Shown here one piece after another: positions 13,268 to 29,094 of a stretch of 64,000 bases of DNA. The DNA is taken from assembly GCA_964016885.1 (NCBI GenBank), contig OZ024742.1, forward strand, positions 355,508,001 to 355,572,000. The letters are read 5' to 3'. This stretch comes from Eledone cirrhosa (taxonomy: Eukaryota). A program made the translations under genes and the position numbers. The notes beneath the pieces were generated by a model, which made no database searches, was not told where the DNA came from, and worked only from the letters and a program-made list of their open reading frames with translations. Position 1 is the first letter of the stretch; every line of letters starts with the position of its first letter.

Positions 13268-15183
13268 CTGCTCCTTCGATCCCTTCCTCCACTTCACCAC
13301 CTCAATCTCCACCACCCACGTCCACTTCTTAGACATCTCCGTCGCCTTCGACCCCATCTACCACTCCCTCGTCACCTCCGCCTTCTTCAAACCCACCGAC
13401 TCCCACTCTTACCTCGATTTCACCCCTTCCCACCCCACCCACACTAAACACTCCATTCCCTACTCCCAACTTCTCAGGATCCGCCGCCTCTGTAGCCGTG
13501 ATGCTGACTTTGAGACCCAGGCCCTTTCCCTAGTCAGCCATTTCATCCGCAGAGGTTACCCCCCCCCCCCTCTCTCGTGTACACCGCTCTCACCCGCGCC
13601 CGTGCTGTCCCCCGCTCCACCACCCTCACCCCACGCCACCGCACACCCACCCACCGTCTCCCCTTCTCCATCACCTACCACCCCTCCACCTTACCCCACC
13701 ACCGCACCCTCCACCGCCTCTTCCGACGCCTCCAGTCCGACCCCTCCACCTCCCACATCTTCCCAACCCCACCACTCCCCCCTCCTTATCACACGCACGC
13801 ACCCACTGGCACATATATACACGCGCTCACACTAAACACACACCCTACTACCACCACTAACCCTCACCCACACACCTCCATCCCACCACCCCGCAACCAA
13901 CCTCACTAACACCCCCTAACACAAAGCACACGAACACACGCACCCACTTACACCACCCACCCCACAAGCAACTAACATCACTAACACCCCCCAACCCCAC
14001 CCACACGTACCCACACACCCTCGTACACCACCAACTTTACACACCCTACCACCACTAACCCCCACTCACACCTGCATTCAACCCCTCCCCATCTCCCGTA
14101 TACTAACACCCACTAACACCTCTTCATCAAACTACACACACACCAGTACAACACACTCCCTCCATAGAACCACACACACCCTTCTCTCCCCGCTCCACCC
14201 ACACCCTCGCTCCACACTCACTCATCCCACTAACACCCCTACTAATACACACACACACACACACACACACACCCTCCTCAATCCAACTTTCACACCTACC
14301 CATCCTCGCCCCCTTACCTTTCCACCGACTGCTGCTATGCCCTCTGACCACCTCCAAGCACTAACAGACCACAGCACTCCCACTGCTGACCACTTCCTGT
14401 TGCACGCGCACCCCACATCTCTCCTCATCTGACCACCGCTTCATGGATTACCCACACGCACAAATTGACTTACAACCAATCCACTAAACATCCTTGGAAC
14501 TTACCAACCTTTCAACCATCATCTTACGTAATCACCTATATAACTCACCCACACACACACCCCAAAAAACATTTTTTATCCACGCGCCACCCACACCCAC
14601 AACACGCTTAAACGCCACACACGTGCTTGCCACCACATATTTACACACTCAGCCTCCTGATTCATCTCCCCCCACACACACCTCTTCCTGAACATGCAAC
14701 CCCGTTCTTCCCCCAACCCTTACTTTCACATACACACACACACACACACACGCGCACACATACACACACACACCACCTTCAGCCCTCCCCGCTCGGACAA
14801 CTCCCCTCCCTCCCCCCACTCCACCCGCCACTACCCCTACTCACCCCACACCTTTCCACCACCTGTTTACCCCCCTTTTAATTTCAGTTTATTTTGATCA
14901 TGCCTTTATTTTTAAATTTTCACATTCCTTGTATTTTGATCATGCTTTATTTTTATTTTTTATCTTTATTTGTTATTTTTTCATTCGCACCGTTTCATTC
15001 ATCTATATGTCTCTCCACCACTCCCCTACACACCTTTTGAACTCTGTTCCCACACACTTCTCACCTGAGGAAGGGATTATGCCCGAAACGTCGTCCCCCA
15101 CCTACCCCCACTCTCCTGAGCGTGAAATTAATAAACATTTATTGTACTGCCTCTCTGTTTTGTCCCTGTTCAAATGATTCCAT
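13268..15183 (+). mobile_element. Penelope-like element, Neptune-like, 5'-truncated
   Basis: A frame not in the ORF track reads HFLDISV...FFKPTDSHSYLDF..SHP...KHSIPYSQLLRIRRLCS...RRGYP, then PFSITYHP; 3' region has an HHR and AATAAA (about 15130), then (TA)n. Confidence 0.85.
15062..15096 (+). ncRNA. Minimal type-I hammerhead ribozyme in the PLE pseudo-LTR
   Basis: CAC-CTGAGGA-A-GGG-attatg-CCC-GAAAC-GTC-GT; typical PLE HHR core. Confidence 0.8.
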
Positions 15184-15202
15184 TATATATATATATATAT
15201 AT

Positions 15203-16633
15203 AGAAGTGGTTACACAACAATTAGTTCACCATGCAGAGAACAATTGTTTCACCTTCGCGGATCTTCATCTTGGGATGTGTATGTTTATAGGAACAGGAA
15301 GTACAACCGTACGAACGTGCTTGTGCAGAAACTCGGTCACTTCACACAGGCAATACTGTAAGAGAGATGTAAGGGAGATAACTGCGAAAGTCCGGAAAGT
15401 GTTTAGGTTGAAAATAAAATTTAAAAAAATTAAAAATAAAGTTACAAAGAATCAGTCCGGAGCCTTGTAGTTATGCAATAGATGTTTGGTGACGTGTGGA
15501 CAACTTGTGAAAAATTCACTTCTCGTCTTTAGGCAATCACTATTGCGTAAGCTCTTTAGGATAGCTATTCGTTCGTCGATACATAAGCGACACGTCGGAT
15601 TCCCCCTTGGACTAAGTGATAGCTTTCCATTGAATGGAGTGGCCTATACTTGAGTCCTTGACGGACTATACGTTGCTCGCGAGTTTCGGGGATGAACATC
15701 TGCCCGGGTATCTGAAGGTAGACTGGTAGTTCAGGAAACGCTCCTTGAATCGGCCCTCCGCCATGCCCCCATCGGGTTTGACCTCCTGCGCTAATATATT
15801 TGATATTCCCGCGCTAAGAAAAGGAAGGCCCACATCACCAGCAGCCCTAGGAGCAACACCCTACAGGGTGCTCCTGCCGTAAGCCTGAAGCTTGCCTCCT
15901 TCAACAGCAATGCAATACACCAGCTGTAATCTTTGAACCTGTGGTCACCTCCTACCGACCAGACGAACCACAAGAGGTCAAATGCTATGTGGCCATGGCG
16001 GAGGGCCGATTCAAGGAGCGTTTCTTGAACCACCCGTCTACCTTCATATAACCGGACAGACGTTCATCCACGCAACTTGCCTGCAACGTATGGTCCCTCA
16101 AGGACTCAAGTATAGGCTACTCCATTCAATCGAAAGCCATCACTATGTCCAAGCCATACGCAAGGGGAAATCAGACGTGTGGCTTATGTATCGACGAACG
16201 AATAGCTATCCTAAAGAGCTTACGCAATAGTGATTGCCTAAACACGAGAAGTGAATTTTTCACACGTTGTCCACACGTCACCAAACATCTATTGCATAAC
16301 TAGAAGGCTCCGGACTGATTTTTGTAATTTTATTTTTAATTTTTTTTTATTTTATTTTAAACCTAAAAGCTTTCCGGACTTTCGCAGTTATCCCCCTTAC
16401 ACCCCCGCACGCGCTCTAGTATTGCCTGTGTGAAGTGACTGAGTTTCTGCGCATGCCCGTTCGTACGGTTCTCCTTCCTGTTCCTATAAACATACACATC
16501 CGGAGCTGAAGATCCGCGAAAGTGAAACAATTGTTCTCGGTATGGTGAACTAACAGTTGTGTAACCATTTCTACTAACTCGTCCCTTGGACTGAGTGCTC
16601 TACCACTACGGATATTACCTTCCAGTGTTCCAC

Positions 16634-16638
<5 letters not shown>
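15203..16638 (+). mobile_element. Naiad-like PLE 3' end with a ~590-bp inverted duplicate (fold-back), between (TA)n tracts
   Basis: From about 15865: GCSCRKPEACLLQQQC...KCYVAMAEGRFKERFLNH (linker plus GIY-YIG). 15203-15788 is the diverged reverse complement of about 15968-16573. Confidence 0.88.
16501..16540 (+). ncRNA. Type-I hammerhead ribozyme (mirror copy on the minus strand at about 15236-15272)
   Basis: GAG-CTGAAGA-T-CC-gcgaa-(A/G)G-T-GAAA-C-AATT-G-TT-CTC; stem I GAG/CTC; palindromic stem III ACAATTGT. Confidence 0.78.
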
Positions 16639-16667
<29 letters not shown>

Positions 16668-16673
16668 ATGTTT

Positions 16674-16749
<76 letters not shown>

Positions 16750-16840
16750 ATAGTATTAATAATACATTTGAAGACTAAAATCTAGATTGGGCTCGATAAG
16801 GATAAATATATATCACATGTATAAGAACCGTTGAGCAAAT

Positions 16841-16985
16841 ATTTATTAAAATAACATATTAAGATTTAAGCAAAGAATCGCTGCTTTCACCCTTAACGAG
16901 ATCTTCTGAAACTGTTTCCGAACATCCCGTTAAGGGTAAAAGCAGCGATTATTTGCTTAAACTGTAATCTGTTATTTTAATAAAC
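16841..16985. repeat. Fold-back with two head-to-head degenerate HHR cores
   Basis: Arms of about 65 bp; the two arms give consensus CNGAAGA-T-CCC-gttaa-GGG-T-GAAA. Confidence 0.75.
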
Positions 16986-17136
16986 ATATATATCTATATA
17001 TATTGAGGTTTCATATTTATATATATATCTTTATTTTGAGTTTCCTCATTTATATCTATATATGTTGAGGTTTCACATATCTATATTATGAGGTTTCACA
17101 TTTATAGATCTATATTTTGAGGTTTCACGTTTATAT

Positions 17137-17175
<39 letters not shown>

Positions 17176-17293
17176 GGTTTCACATTTGTATATTTGAAGT
17201 TTCACATTCTTATATCTATATTTTGAGGTTTCACATCTATAAATATCTATAATTTGAGGTTTAACATTTATACATCTGTATCTGAGGTTTCAC

Positions 17294-17342
<49 letters not shown>

Positions 17343-17559
17343 GAGGTTTCAAATTTATATATCTAATCTATATTTTGGGCTTTCGCATGTATATATGTAT
17401 ATTTTGAGGTATCATATTTATGTACATTTATATTTTGAGGTTTCACATTTATATATCTATATTTTGAGGTTTCACATTTATATATATTTATATTTTGAGG
17501 TGTCACATTCATATAATCTATATCTTGTATTTCTGAAGTCCTTCTCAAGTGAGGAGGCT

Positions 17560-17760
17560 CTTCAACCCGGTGCTTACTCCGGTTTCGTGGTGATGAGTCT
17601 ACGAGTATACGACTGTTTCCTGAATTGGACACCAGTCCAACGCAGGATTACATCCGCTGCAAAGCTTGAAACTCAAGAACACAACACAAACCTAGACCCA
17701 GGAATCGAAATCTCGACATCATCATCATACCTTCATCATATTTTACACTAAGCCATGCAC
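17560..17760 (-). mobile_element. Degenerate SINE-like element
   Basis: Minus-strand head GTGCATGGCTTAGTG...TTCGATTCCTGG, similar to 10245-10395. Confidence 0.55.
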
Positions 17761-17790
17761 TTAAACGACACAGACACACACACACACACA

Positions 17791-17834
<44 letters not shown>

Positions 17835-18081
17835 CACAAACATACACACATATACAGAGACACACACAACAACACATATATATATATATATAAATGTGTA
17901 TGCATATGTACGTGTATATGCTTTATCAGCCGACGTTTATAGCCTCCAAGAGGAGTAATCCCCTCAGAGGCCGGTTCCTAAGAATATTACTTGCACAATA
18001 ACTGCTTTTGAAATCTGTCAAGTTTCGAAAAGTCTTAATTTACATGAAAGTTTCGAATATAACTCAATGTATAATACCGGT

Positions 18082-18115
<34 letters not shown>

Positions 18116-18241
18116 AGTGGTATATAAACCGGTGGTATATTTGTATATGAAAGTATGTATAGTATATTTGGCAATATACCGTTTGAATTCTATAAGAATG
18201 CAGCTGCTATAATTTTCGATGGAAGCAAGGTTTACGTGGCT

Positions 18242-18282
18242 CTGATGAACGCCAACCACCGTGAAACAGACTGACTGCTTCT
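18242..18282 (+). ncRNA. HHR-like core inside a diverged fold-back (about 18135-18400)
   Basis: CTGATGA-ACG-ccaaccac-CGT-GAAA-CAG-a-CTG; cleavage triplet non-canonical. Confidence 0.5.
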
Positions 18283-18427
18283 CTCGCTTCTTTCGCCTAA
18301 AAGAAGTGGCATAATCACTACTTTAATACTGATAGCGTATGGCCTTCTAATTAATTAAATATACGGTATATTGCCAATTATACTATACATATATTCATGC
18401 ATACATCGGTATTTCGGACCACTAATC

Positions 18428-21962
<3,535 letters not shown>

Positions 21963-22091
21963 TAGAAGTTATATTTAATGTGTTGGGATACAACAAGCAA
22001 ATATTTTTATAACTGATATAAAGCACTCAACATAGAAACAAATTATGGTGTGCTTTCATCTATAGATATAGTGCGCTTTGATCTATATTAT

Positions 22092-22155
22092 ATTTTATCT
22101 GATGAAAGCGCACCATAATTTGCTTTGGTGTCCTTGAAATATGTATAATGAAATA
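22092..22155 (+). ncRNA. Type-I hammerhead ribozyme with canonical core
   Basis: ATTTTAT-CTGATGA-AAGcgCACCA-loop-TGGTGtcCTT-GAAA-TATGTA-TA-ATGAAAT; a partial inverted copy lies at about 22030-22062. Confidence 0.72.
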
Positions 22156-22193
22156 AATATGGTTTTATAAATATAGTTTCCATTTGTTAATAT

Positions 22194-22245
<52 letters not shown>

Positions 22246-22250
<5 letters not shown>

Positions 22251-22569
22251 CACAGAAAAAAGAAAATCAATGTTGCGAAGAAATTAATTTATTGGACATA
22301 TTACAAATGTTTCTCGGGCGACCAGCTCGAGACACGATCGATATGGTGATAACACCTGACTCTGAAATCAAAACGGTCGTCAGATACGTCTCGATTCTAC
22401 GAAGAAGATTTTCCCATAGAATCGAGACGTATCTGACGACCGTGTTGATTTCACAGTCAGTTGGGATCACCATAACGATCGTGCCTCGAGCCGGTTGCCC
22501 GAGAAACATTTGTAATATGTCCAATAAATTTCTTTCGTCGCAACACTGATTACCTTTGTTCTGTGATAT
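22246..22569. repeat. Fold-back element with ~150-bp arms
   Basis: ORFs 22184(+) and 22267(-) translate almost identically; axis at about 22408; CTGACGA core at 22433 and its mirror. Confidence 0.95.
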
Positions 22570-23562
22570 CATACTCCGACCTACGAGGGCATTAGGTACT
22601 CATACGGCCTACCGCATACGGACGCTTTCAGCACCCAACACGAATTATATATATATATATATATATATGCGTACGAGCAATTCAAGTAAATTAAATGGAC
22701 AAATTATAGCAAATAATTTATTCTGCATCTAATGCGGATATTTTATCGAAGTAACGAATCCAACACATATCGTAATACTTTAAGTTCTAGCAAATGAAAA
22801 GTAGTTGTTGTCAAAATAAATTAAGAGAGAAATTAGACAGATGAAGATTAATTGTCATGTAAAAGGAAAAAGCGCAAATAGAGTTAGAAGTTCCTGACAG
22901 ACTGGAAGCAAGACAATATAAAAGAAATATAGTTTTGGAAGAACAATATCTTTCACAGTTGGAATTGTGTGCATGACTTTAATGAGAAATTGTCTCACAC
23001 ATAAAAATTCTAAGACTATGTTAATAGATATTTCTTACTTTCTAGCAGCAGGAAACAAAACACGTGAATACCATTCCAACATTAGTAAAGAATAAACATC
23101 TGGAACGCACGAAAGGGAAATAAATATCAAATATGTAGCAAAGTATATATTACAAAATAAAGGCAACAAAGTAAAATGAAATAATACAATGAAAATGATT
23201 ATTGCATATTATATATGCTCTTCTATATTTATCAATTCTTTATTTCCCATTTTCTTTGAGAAACTTAATGCCAATGTCGCTATCAGTTGGAGCACCATAC
23301 ACTTATTCTTCAACATGTCACAAATAAACGTCACTGAGATGTTTCCAATAGAAAAATGGCGGCATTAATATTATCTGGAAAAATGTGCAACTACACATTA
23401 AAGAAAACTAAACTTGGTGATATTAAATTTTAATCTTTGTAATATTGGACACGACTAATATATGCATGAACACGTTTGTGTATGCATTTGTATCTATGCA
23501 TGTCCTGATGTCTACATACACACACAGACACACACACAGACACACACACAGACACACACACA

Positions 23563-23671
<109 letters not shown>

Positions 23672-23680
23672 CTATATATA

Positions 23681-23716
<36 letters not shown>

Positions 23717-23919
23717 GGAGGTGGGTTTTATTGTAGCACTGCATATATCGGATGAGTAGCACTCTACAGTTTGTAGGACTGGAGTATAAATAATATAAGA
23801 TCAAAAGATGGTTAAAAGAGTTCCAGGTATTTTATTATGCGCATTTCAAAAACAAATATTATCATGGGTTGATATCTGCGTTCTCATTTGACAAAATAGG
23901 GAGACATGATATGAAGCTT

Positions 23920-23996
23920 AAAAAACAGCTGTGAGCAGTGAAGTTATAAATCAACATATGTTGATTTAAAACTTCACTGCTCACAAGGGTTTTTTA
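23920..23996. repeat. Spacerless palindrome centred on TCAACATATGTTGA
   Basis: GTGAGCAGTGAAGTT...AACTTCACTGCTCAC; next to (TA)n. Confidence 0.9.
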
Positions 23997-24127
23997 TATA
24001 TATATATATATACATATACATTTGTGTTTATATATATATATGCGTCGAATATAAGAAAATGATTTTTTTTTTCATGAAAAAAAAACAAAAAACAGATGTC
24101 TACATGAGTAAAGGTATAAGGGAAAAA

Positions 24128-24357
24128 TATGAAATCGAAAATGTAATTGGAGTCTTTTTAAGAATATGTATTTGTTTCTTTTACCGGTTTCACAGTTCTT
24201 ATACTTTTCTATTGAGATGGAGGGTTTGTGGTTTTCATGCGAGAAAATCACAAACCCTCCATCTCAATTCTACTTTTGAAAAGCATAAGAACTGTGAAAC
24301 CGGTAAAGGAAACAAATAAGTATTCTTAAAAAGACTCCAATTGCATTTTCGATTTCA
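24128..24357. repeat. Fold-back with head-to-head minimal HHR-like cores
   Basis: Arms of about 105 bp; right arm tTGAAAA-G-CA-taagaac-TG-T-GAAAC-CG-GTA at about 24276-24305. Confidence 0.88.
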
Positions 24358-24391
24358 GCTGTTTACATTATATATATGTGTGTGTGTGTGT

Positions 24392-24453
<62 letters not shown>

Positions 24454-24454
24454 G

Positions 24455-24510
24455 TATAACTTAATGCACAGATACGCTCAGATACGCTCACACACGCTCA
24501 CACACACTCC

Positions 24511-24558
<48 letters not shown>

Positions 24559-24634
24559 GGAGTGTGTGTGATCGTGTGTGAGCGTGTCTGAGCGTGTCTG
24601 AGCGTGTCTGAGCGTGTCTGTGCATTAAGTTATA
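24455..24634. repeat. Inverted repeat whose axis is a (TA)n tract
   Basis: TATAACTTAATGCACAGA...CTCCCTCA-(TA)n-TGAGGGAG...TCTGTGCATTAAGTTATA. Confidence 0.92.
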
Positions 24635-25359
24635 TAAAAGCAAGTGTTAGGCAGGGGCTAATCTTCATTTGTACAAAGTGAGGCAATTTAACTCGCCAAT
24701 ACTGCTACATGAAATATTTAACGATGACTACGATATATATGATAGAATTTCCACCGCATTTTGCAATAAGATATATTCCATTCAGAGTGCTGGACTACTT
24801 ATAACTTAGACATATATGTTGGATGACCGACCAATGGTAGATTTGGCCAGCTACTTAGCTAGCCCCATGTAGAAAGTGATCCATATCTGCCAAACAATCT
24901 TTGATGAATGAAATGATTGGAGGATGTGACGCAGGCACAAATATTTTACATTAAGATGTGGCTAAATTATTTAGTAATAAAAGACCGAAGAGCGTATGTA
25001 TTGACTTAGTTCTACATATATGTCCCTACGGATTAGATCTTATTTCTTACGAAACTGGGGCAAATTTAATCGTAAGTGTCCACTAAATCATTGAATGAAT
25101 TAAGATCTTTGGCTATGTTTTGCAAATATCTGCGGACCTCTAACATATGGCAGATTCGTAGGAGTGCCGTTTTGATATACACCGTTCTGCGGAAGTTTTT
25201 AATCTGTCAGAAATTATCCCTCTTCTTGCGGAACGTATACAGAAACTGTGATAGAAAAAATAAGGGCAAACAAGAGCCAGGGAGATATATCAAGCTAGAG
25301 GGAGTAAGCGATGGATGAAAACAATAGACATTGATATATATTTCTATATTTGCTACAAG

Positions 25360-25550
25360 GCTTAGGTTTCTACTGTTGGCACAAGGCCAGCGATTACCCC
25401 TGTGCATCACTGGCACTTTATTTTATCGACACACGTAAGGATGAAAGGCAACGTTAACCTCGGCGGAGTTGTACTCAGAACGCAAAGAGCCATATCTATG
25501 CTGCAAGGCATGGTGTCTGCCGCTCTACCAATACTTCCAAACCACCGCCC
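25360..25550 (-). mobile_element. SINE (family of 5572-5757)
   Basis: Shared core CTTTATTTTATCGAC...GGATGAAAGGCAA...CCTCGGCGG. Confidence 0.82.
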
Positions 25551-26135
25551 TAGACACAATAGACAGTGATATAAGCAAGCGGCTCTGTCCGAAATCGTTC
25601 CATGAATATCGCCAAACGTATTAAGAACCATGGATGTCACTTTACATAACTTTTGACAGTACAATTGTATTACGGAATTCATCACAAATACAACTTTGCA
25701 GTCTTATTAGTGTCTATCCTGTGTGAAAAGTATAACAAGTCAATGTATGAGGTGGTAGACGTTTATCTGGAAATAGTAAAATTAAGTGAGAGAGGAAGTT
25801 GGAAAGATGAAAAACAAAAATGAATGGTTTGTCAGGATCCGTGAGGTGGGTAGAAAAGTAATGCAGCACTGTTTCATGAATGATCCACACATATATGTGC
25901 GACTGAGGAAATTGAATATATTAACATATCCAGTATATTTAATTACATATCATAATATCATATTTCTTTAGTAAACGTGTTTACATTGTTGTGTGAAAAC
26001 CAATTTTTGACACAAAACAACAATAACCCCCCCCACCCCACGTTTACCCTCCTTCTTCTACACATATGTTTGATGGACAGATTCTCTCTTATAACATAGA
26101 TAGATAGATAGGAAGATAGATAAATAATCCGATAG

Positions 26136-26212
<77 letters not shown>

Positions 26213-26213
<1 letters not shown>

Positions 26214-26346
26214 CAGAAATAGCCGTCGAAACGGCTTGAGCTCTTCCGTCGGGGTTAAACATTTTCCTATCACCCACTCTACTACCCTAAGTATTGCGTA
26301 CTCTGGTGCGTTATGGTCCATCTGGTTCCTTACCACACATCCTTCG

Positions 26347-26350
<4 letters not shown>
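26213..26350 (+). mobile_element. Solo 3' tip of a PLE pseudo-LTR (3' half of an HHR)
   Basis: Similar to 32299-32433; GAAA-CGGCT...CCG-TC-GGGG; flanked by (GA)n and (TA)n. Confidence 0.8.
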
Positions 26351-26382
<32 letters not shown>

Positions 26383-26385
<3 letters not shown>

Positions 26386-26566
26386 TTATTCTGGGTTGAG
26401 TCGGAGGTAACCACAGTAAGTAAGGTACTCATTACATAGCAGAGTATAAAACTTTTAATATAGAAGATCTTCTACAGGGATAGAACTGTTTTATTCGTGA
26501 GAAACCATCAGGAAGCTTCCTGATGGTTTCTCACGAATGAAACAGTTCTAGTCCTGTAGAAGCTCT

Positions 26567-26574
<8 letters not shown>
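26383..26574 (-). mobile_element. About 190-bp HHR fold-back element (family also at 50045-50238; degenerate at 45228-45392)
   Basis: Axis GGAAGCTTCC at 26511-26520; arm CTGATGG-TTTC-tcac-GAAT-GAAACAGTTCTAGTC; (TA)n on both sides. Confidence 0.82.
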
Positions 26575-26604
<30 letters not shown>

Positions 26605-26605
<1 letters not shown>

Positions 26606-27543
26606 CCTCTTTTTACTCCCTCTGCCAGTCACACTCTCTCTCAGCTGGCCTCTTCTCACACTTCCACTCACTAATTCTCTGCGTCTCACCCTCTTTCACT
26701 TCCTCCCGTTTGACCTGTGTCAAATCCTTTTCTCGCTCACATCGCACTCATGTAGGATGGTCTGTATCTCTCGTCCATGATTTCACCAAGCTTAAGCTTA
26801 CATATAGCATGTACTTGTCTCTTCCTATCTTTCCGTTGCAATACCATCTTTGTTTGTTTACATGTCTCGCTCGTTTCACCCTATTTTACTTGTCCCAATA
26901 ACTTTATTTAGTTAATGCTCGCACCAACCAGAGGTATATGATTTTTAAAGCGATAAAATACCAATGCAGGTTGGAAGATCAGTGATGAAGGACTCATTTT
27001 ATTCATATGTAACCCATGTGCAACCACGCAGCACTTCATTTTTTGAATATTTATATTTTTTTCTCAGCTGCGATTGTCTGTTTCTTCCTTACTGATTCCC
27101 CTCTCTCTGTATCTCTCAACTTCTTTTTACCCCCTCTGCCATTCACACTCTCTCTCAGCTGGCCTCTTCCTCACACTTCCACTTATCACTCTCTGCTTCT
27201 CCCCTCTCTCACTTCCTCCTGTTTAACCTATGCGAAATCCTTTTCTCGCTCACATCTCACACATGTCGGATGATCTGTATCTCTCGTCCATGATTTCACC
27301 AAGCTTAAGCTTACAGATATCATGTATTTGTCTCTTCCTACATTTCGGTTGCAATACTATCTTTGTTTGTTTACATGTCTCGCTTGTTTCACCCTATTTT
27401 ACTTGTCCCAATAACTTTATTTAGTTATTGCTCGCACCAACCAGAGGTATATGATTTTTAAAGCGATGAAATACCAATGAAGTTTGGAAGATCACTGATG
27501 AAAGACTAATTCTATTCATATGTAACCCATGTGCAACCCCGCA
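26605..27543 (+). repeat. Tandem ~1.8-mer of a ~513-bp non-coding unit between (TA)n tracts
   Basis: Matching text at offset 513 ((G/C)TGATGA at 26982 and 27495); HHR 3' half decayed or absent. Confidence 0.9.
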
Positions 27544-27556
27544 ATATATATATATA

Positions 27557-27881
27557 TATATTGTTATATTTTGGGAGGGTCATGTTGCCAATAAGAAACA
27601 CATGCACCAGTTGCTTTCACTTCAATTTATTATAATAAATTTAGGAATTTAGGAATTTATAAATTTCCGATTGGTTGGTTGGTTCCACAACCAGATGGTT
27701 GTTTATATATAGTCCAAGTCCTTTCGTCACACATTCTGTGACCATCTGGTTGTTTTACCAACCAACCAACCGGAAATTTATAAATTCCTAAATTTATAAA
27801 TATATTATAATAAATTGAAGTGAAAGCAGCTGGTGCGTGTGTTTTTATTGGCAACATGACCCTCCCAAAGTATAACAATAT
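27557..27881. repeat. Fold-back element with ~140-bp arms and ~40-bp spacer
   Basis: ATATTGTTATATTTTGGGAGGGTCATGTTGCC...GGCAACATGACCCTCCCAAAGTATAACAATAT; related end at about 49965-49992. Confidence 0.93.
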
Positions 27882-27956
27882 CCGTTTCAACAGACGTTTT
27901 CATATAAAGAATCTTGCTAAACAAATTCAGAAACGAAATATATATATATATATATA

Positions 27957-29094
27957 TGTATTCGCTAGGATTAGCGTACATCTGTACGCGTATGGTAGTA
28001 GATATACTAAATTCTCTATATTTATCTCCAAATTACTTATTTGTTGAGCAAACCTGCCAAAACCACTACTAATTTATTGGTGTGCTAGTAGGCTTCTGTC
28101 ATCTTACCATCCCACTCTAACGACTAGCCTCAGTGTCACGTGATTGATTCTTTAGAATCTGCCATTTGACCAGCGACAGCGAGCTTTTCAGTGCATGGAA
28201 TCCAGTCCCCGCTAGCTGTTCCATCTACCGAATTATTATTATTTTTATATGAGTCCCCAGTGTCCGCGCATTGCCTGGAGACTTAGCTGAGAATAGACTC
28301 CCTGATTACACAATGAATTCTGGACAGTTTATTACGTAACTGTCTTTATCCCATTGCAGAAACAAATTAGTTGGAGTGAAAACTTTAGTAAGTTAATTTT
28401 TAAATTTTTTTTTCAAATTTTCTTATTTTACGTCTTTTATATTATTGTTCTGCATCCTCCTGCATTGAACCACCTAGGTACTATTACATAACCTGTGTAT
28501 TTGTTAGCATTAGCGTACATCTGTACGCGTATGTTAGTAGATATACTAAATTCTCTATATTTATCTCCAAATTACTTATTTGTTGAGCAATCCTGCCAAA
28601 AGCACTACAAATTTATTGGTGTGCTAGTAGGCTTCTGTCATCTTACCATCCCACTCCTAACGACTAGCCTCAGTGTCACGTGATTGATTCTTTAGAATCT
28701 GCCATTTGACCAGCGACAGCGAGCTTTTCAGTGCATGGAATCCAGTCCCCGCTAGCTGTTCCATCTACCGAATTATTATTATTTTTATATTAGTCCCCAG
28801 TGTCCGCGCATTGCCTGGAGACTTAGCTGAGAATAGACTCCCTGATGACGCAATGAATTCTCGACAGTTTATTACGTAACTGTCTTTATCCCATTGCAGA
28901 AACTAATTAGTTGGAGTGAACATTTTAGTAAGTAAGTTAATTTTTTTTAATTTTTTTTTAATTTTCTTATGTTACGTCTTTTATATTATTGTTCTGCATC
29001 CTCCTGCATTGAACCACCTAGGTACTATGACATAACCTGTTGTATTTGCTAGCATTAGCGCACATCTGTACGTGTATGGTAGTAGATATACTAA

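Larger units (their letters stand above)
10578..17520. repeat. About 29-30-bp minisatellite (GAGGTTTCACATTTATATATCTATATTTT) split into blocks by nested insertions
   Basis: Blocks at about 10578-10980, 11285-11425, 12331-12745, 13200-13265 and 16995-17520, all in the same orientation. Confidence 0.92.

Noticed and set aside
23920-23996. This palindrome (and 27557-27881) as an HHR pair or pre-miRNA
   Set aside because: No complete HHR core found; a miRNA call needs small-RNA data; kept only as inverted repeats.
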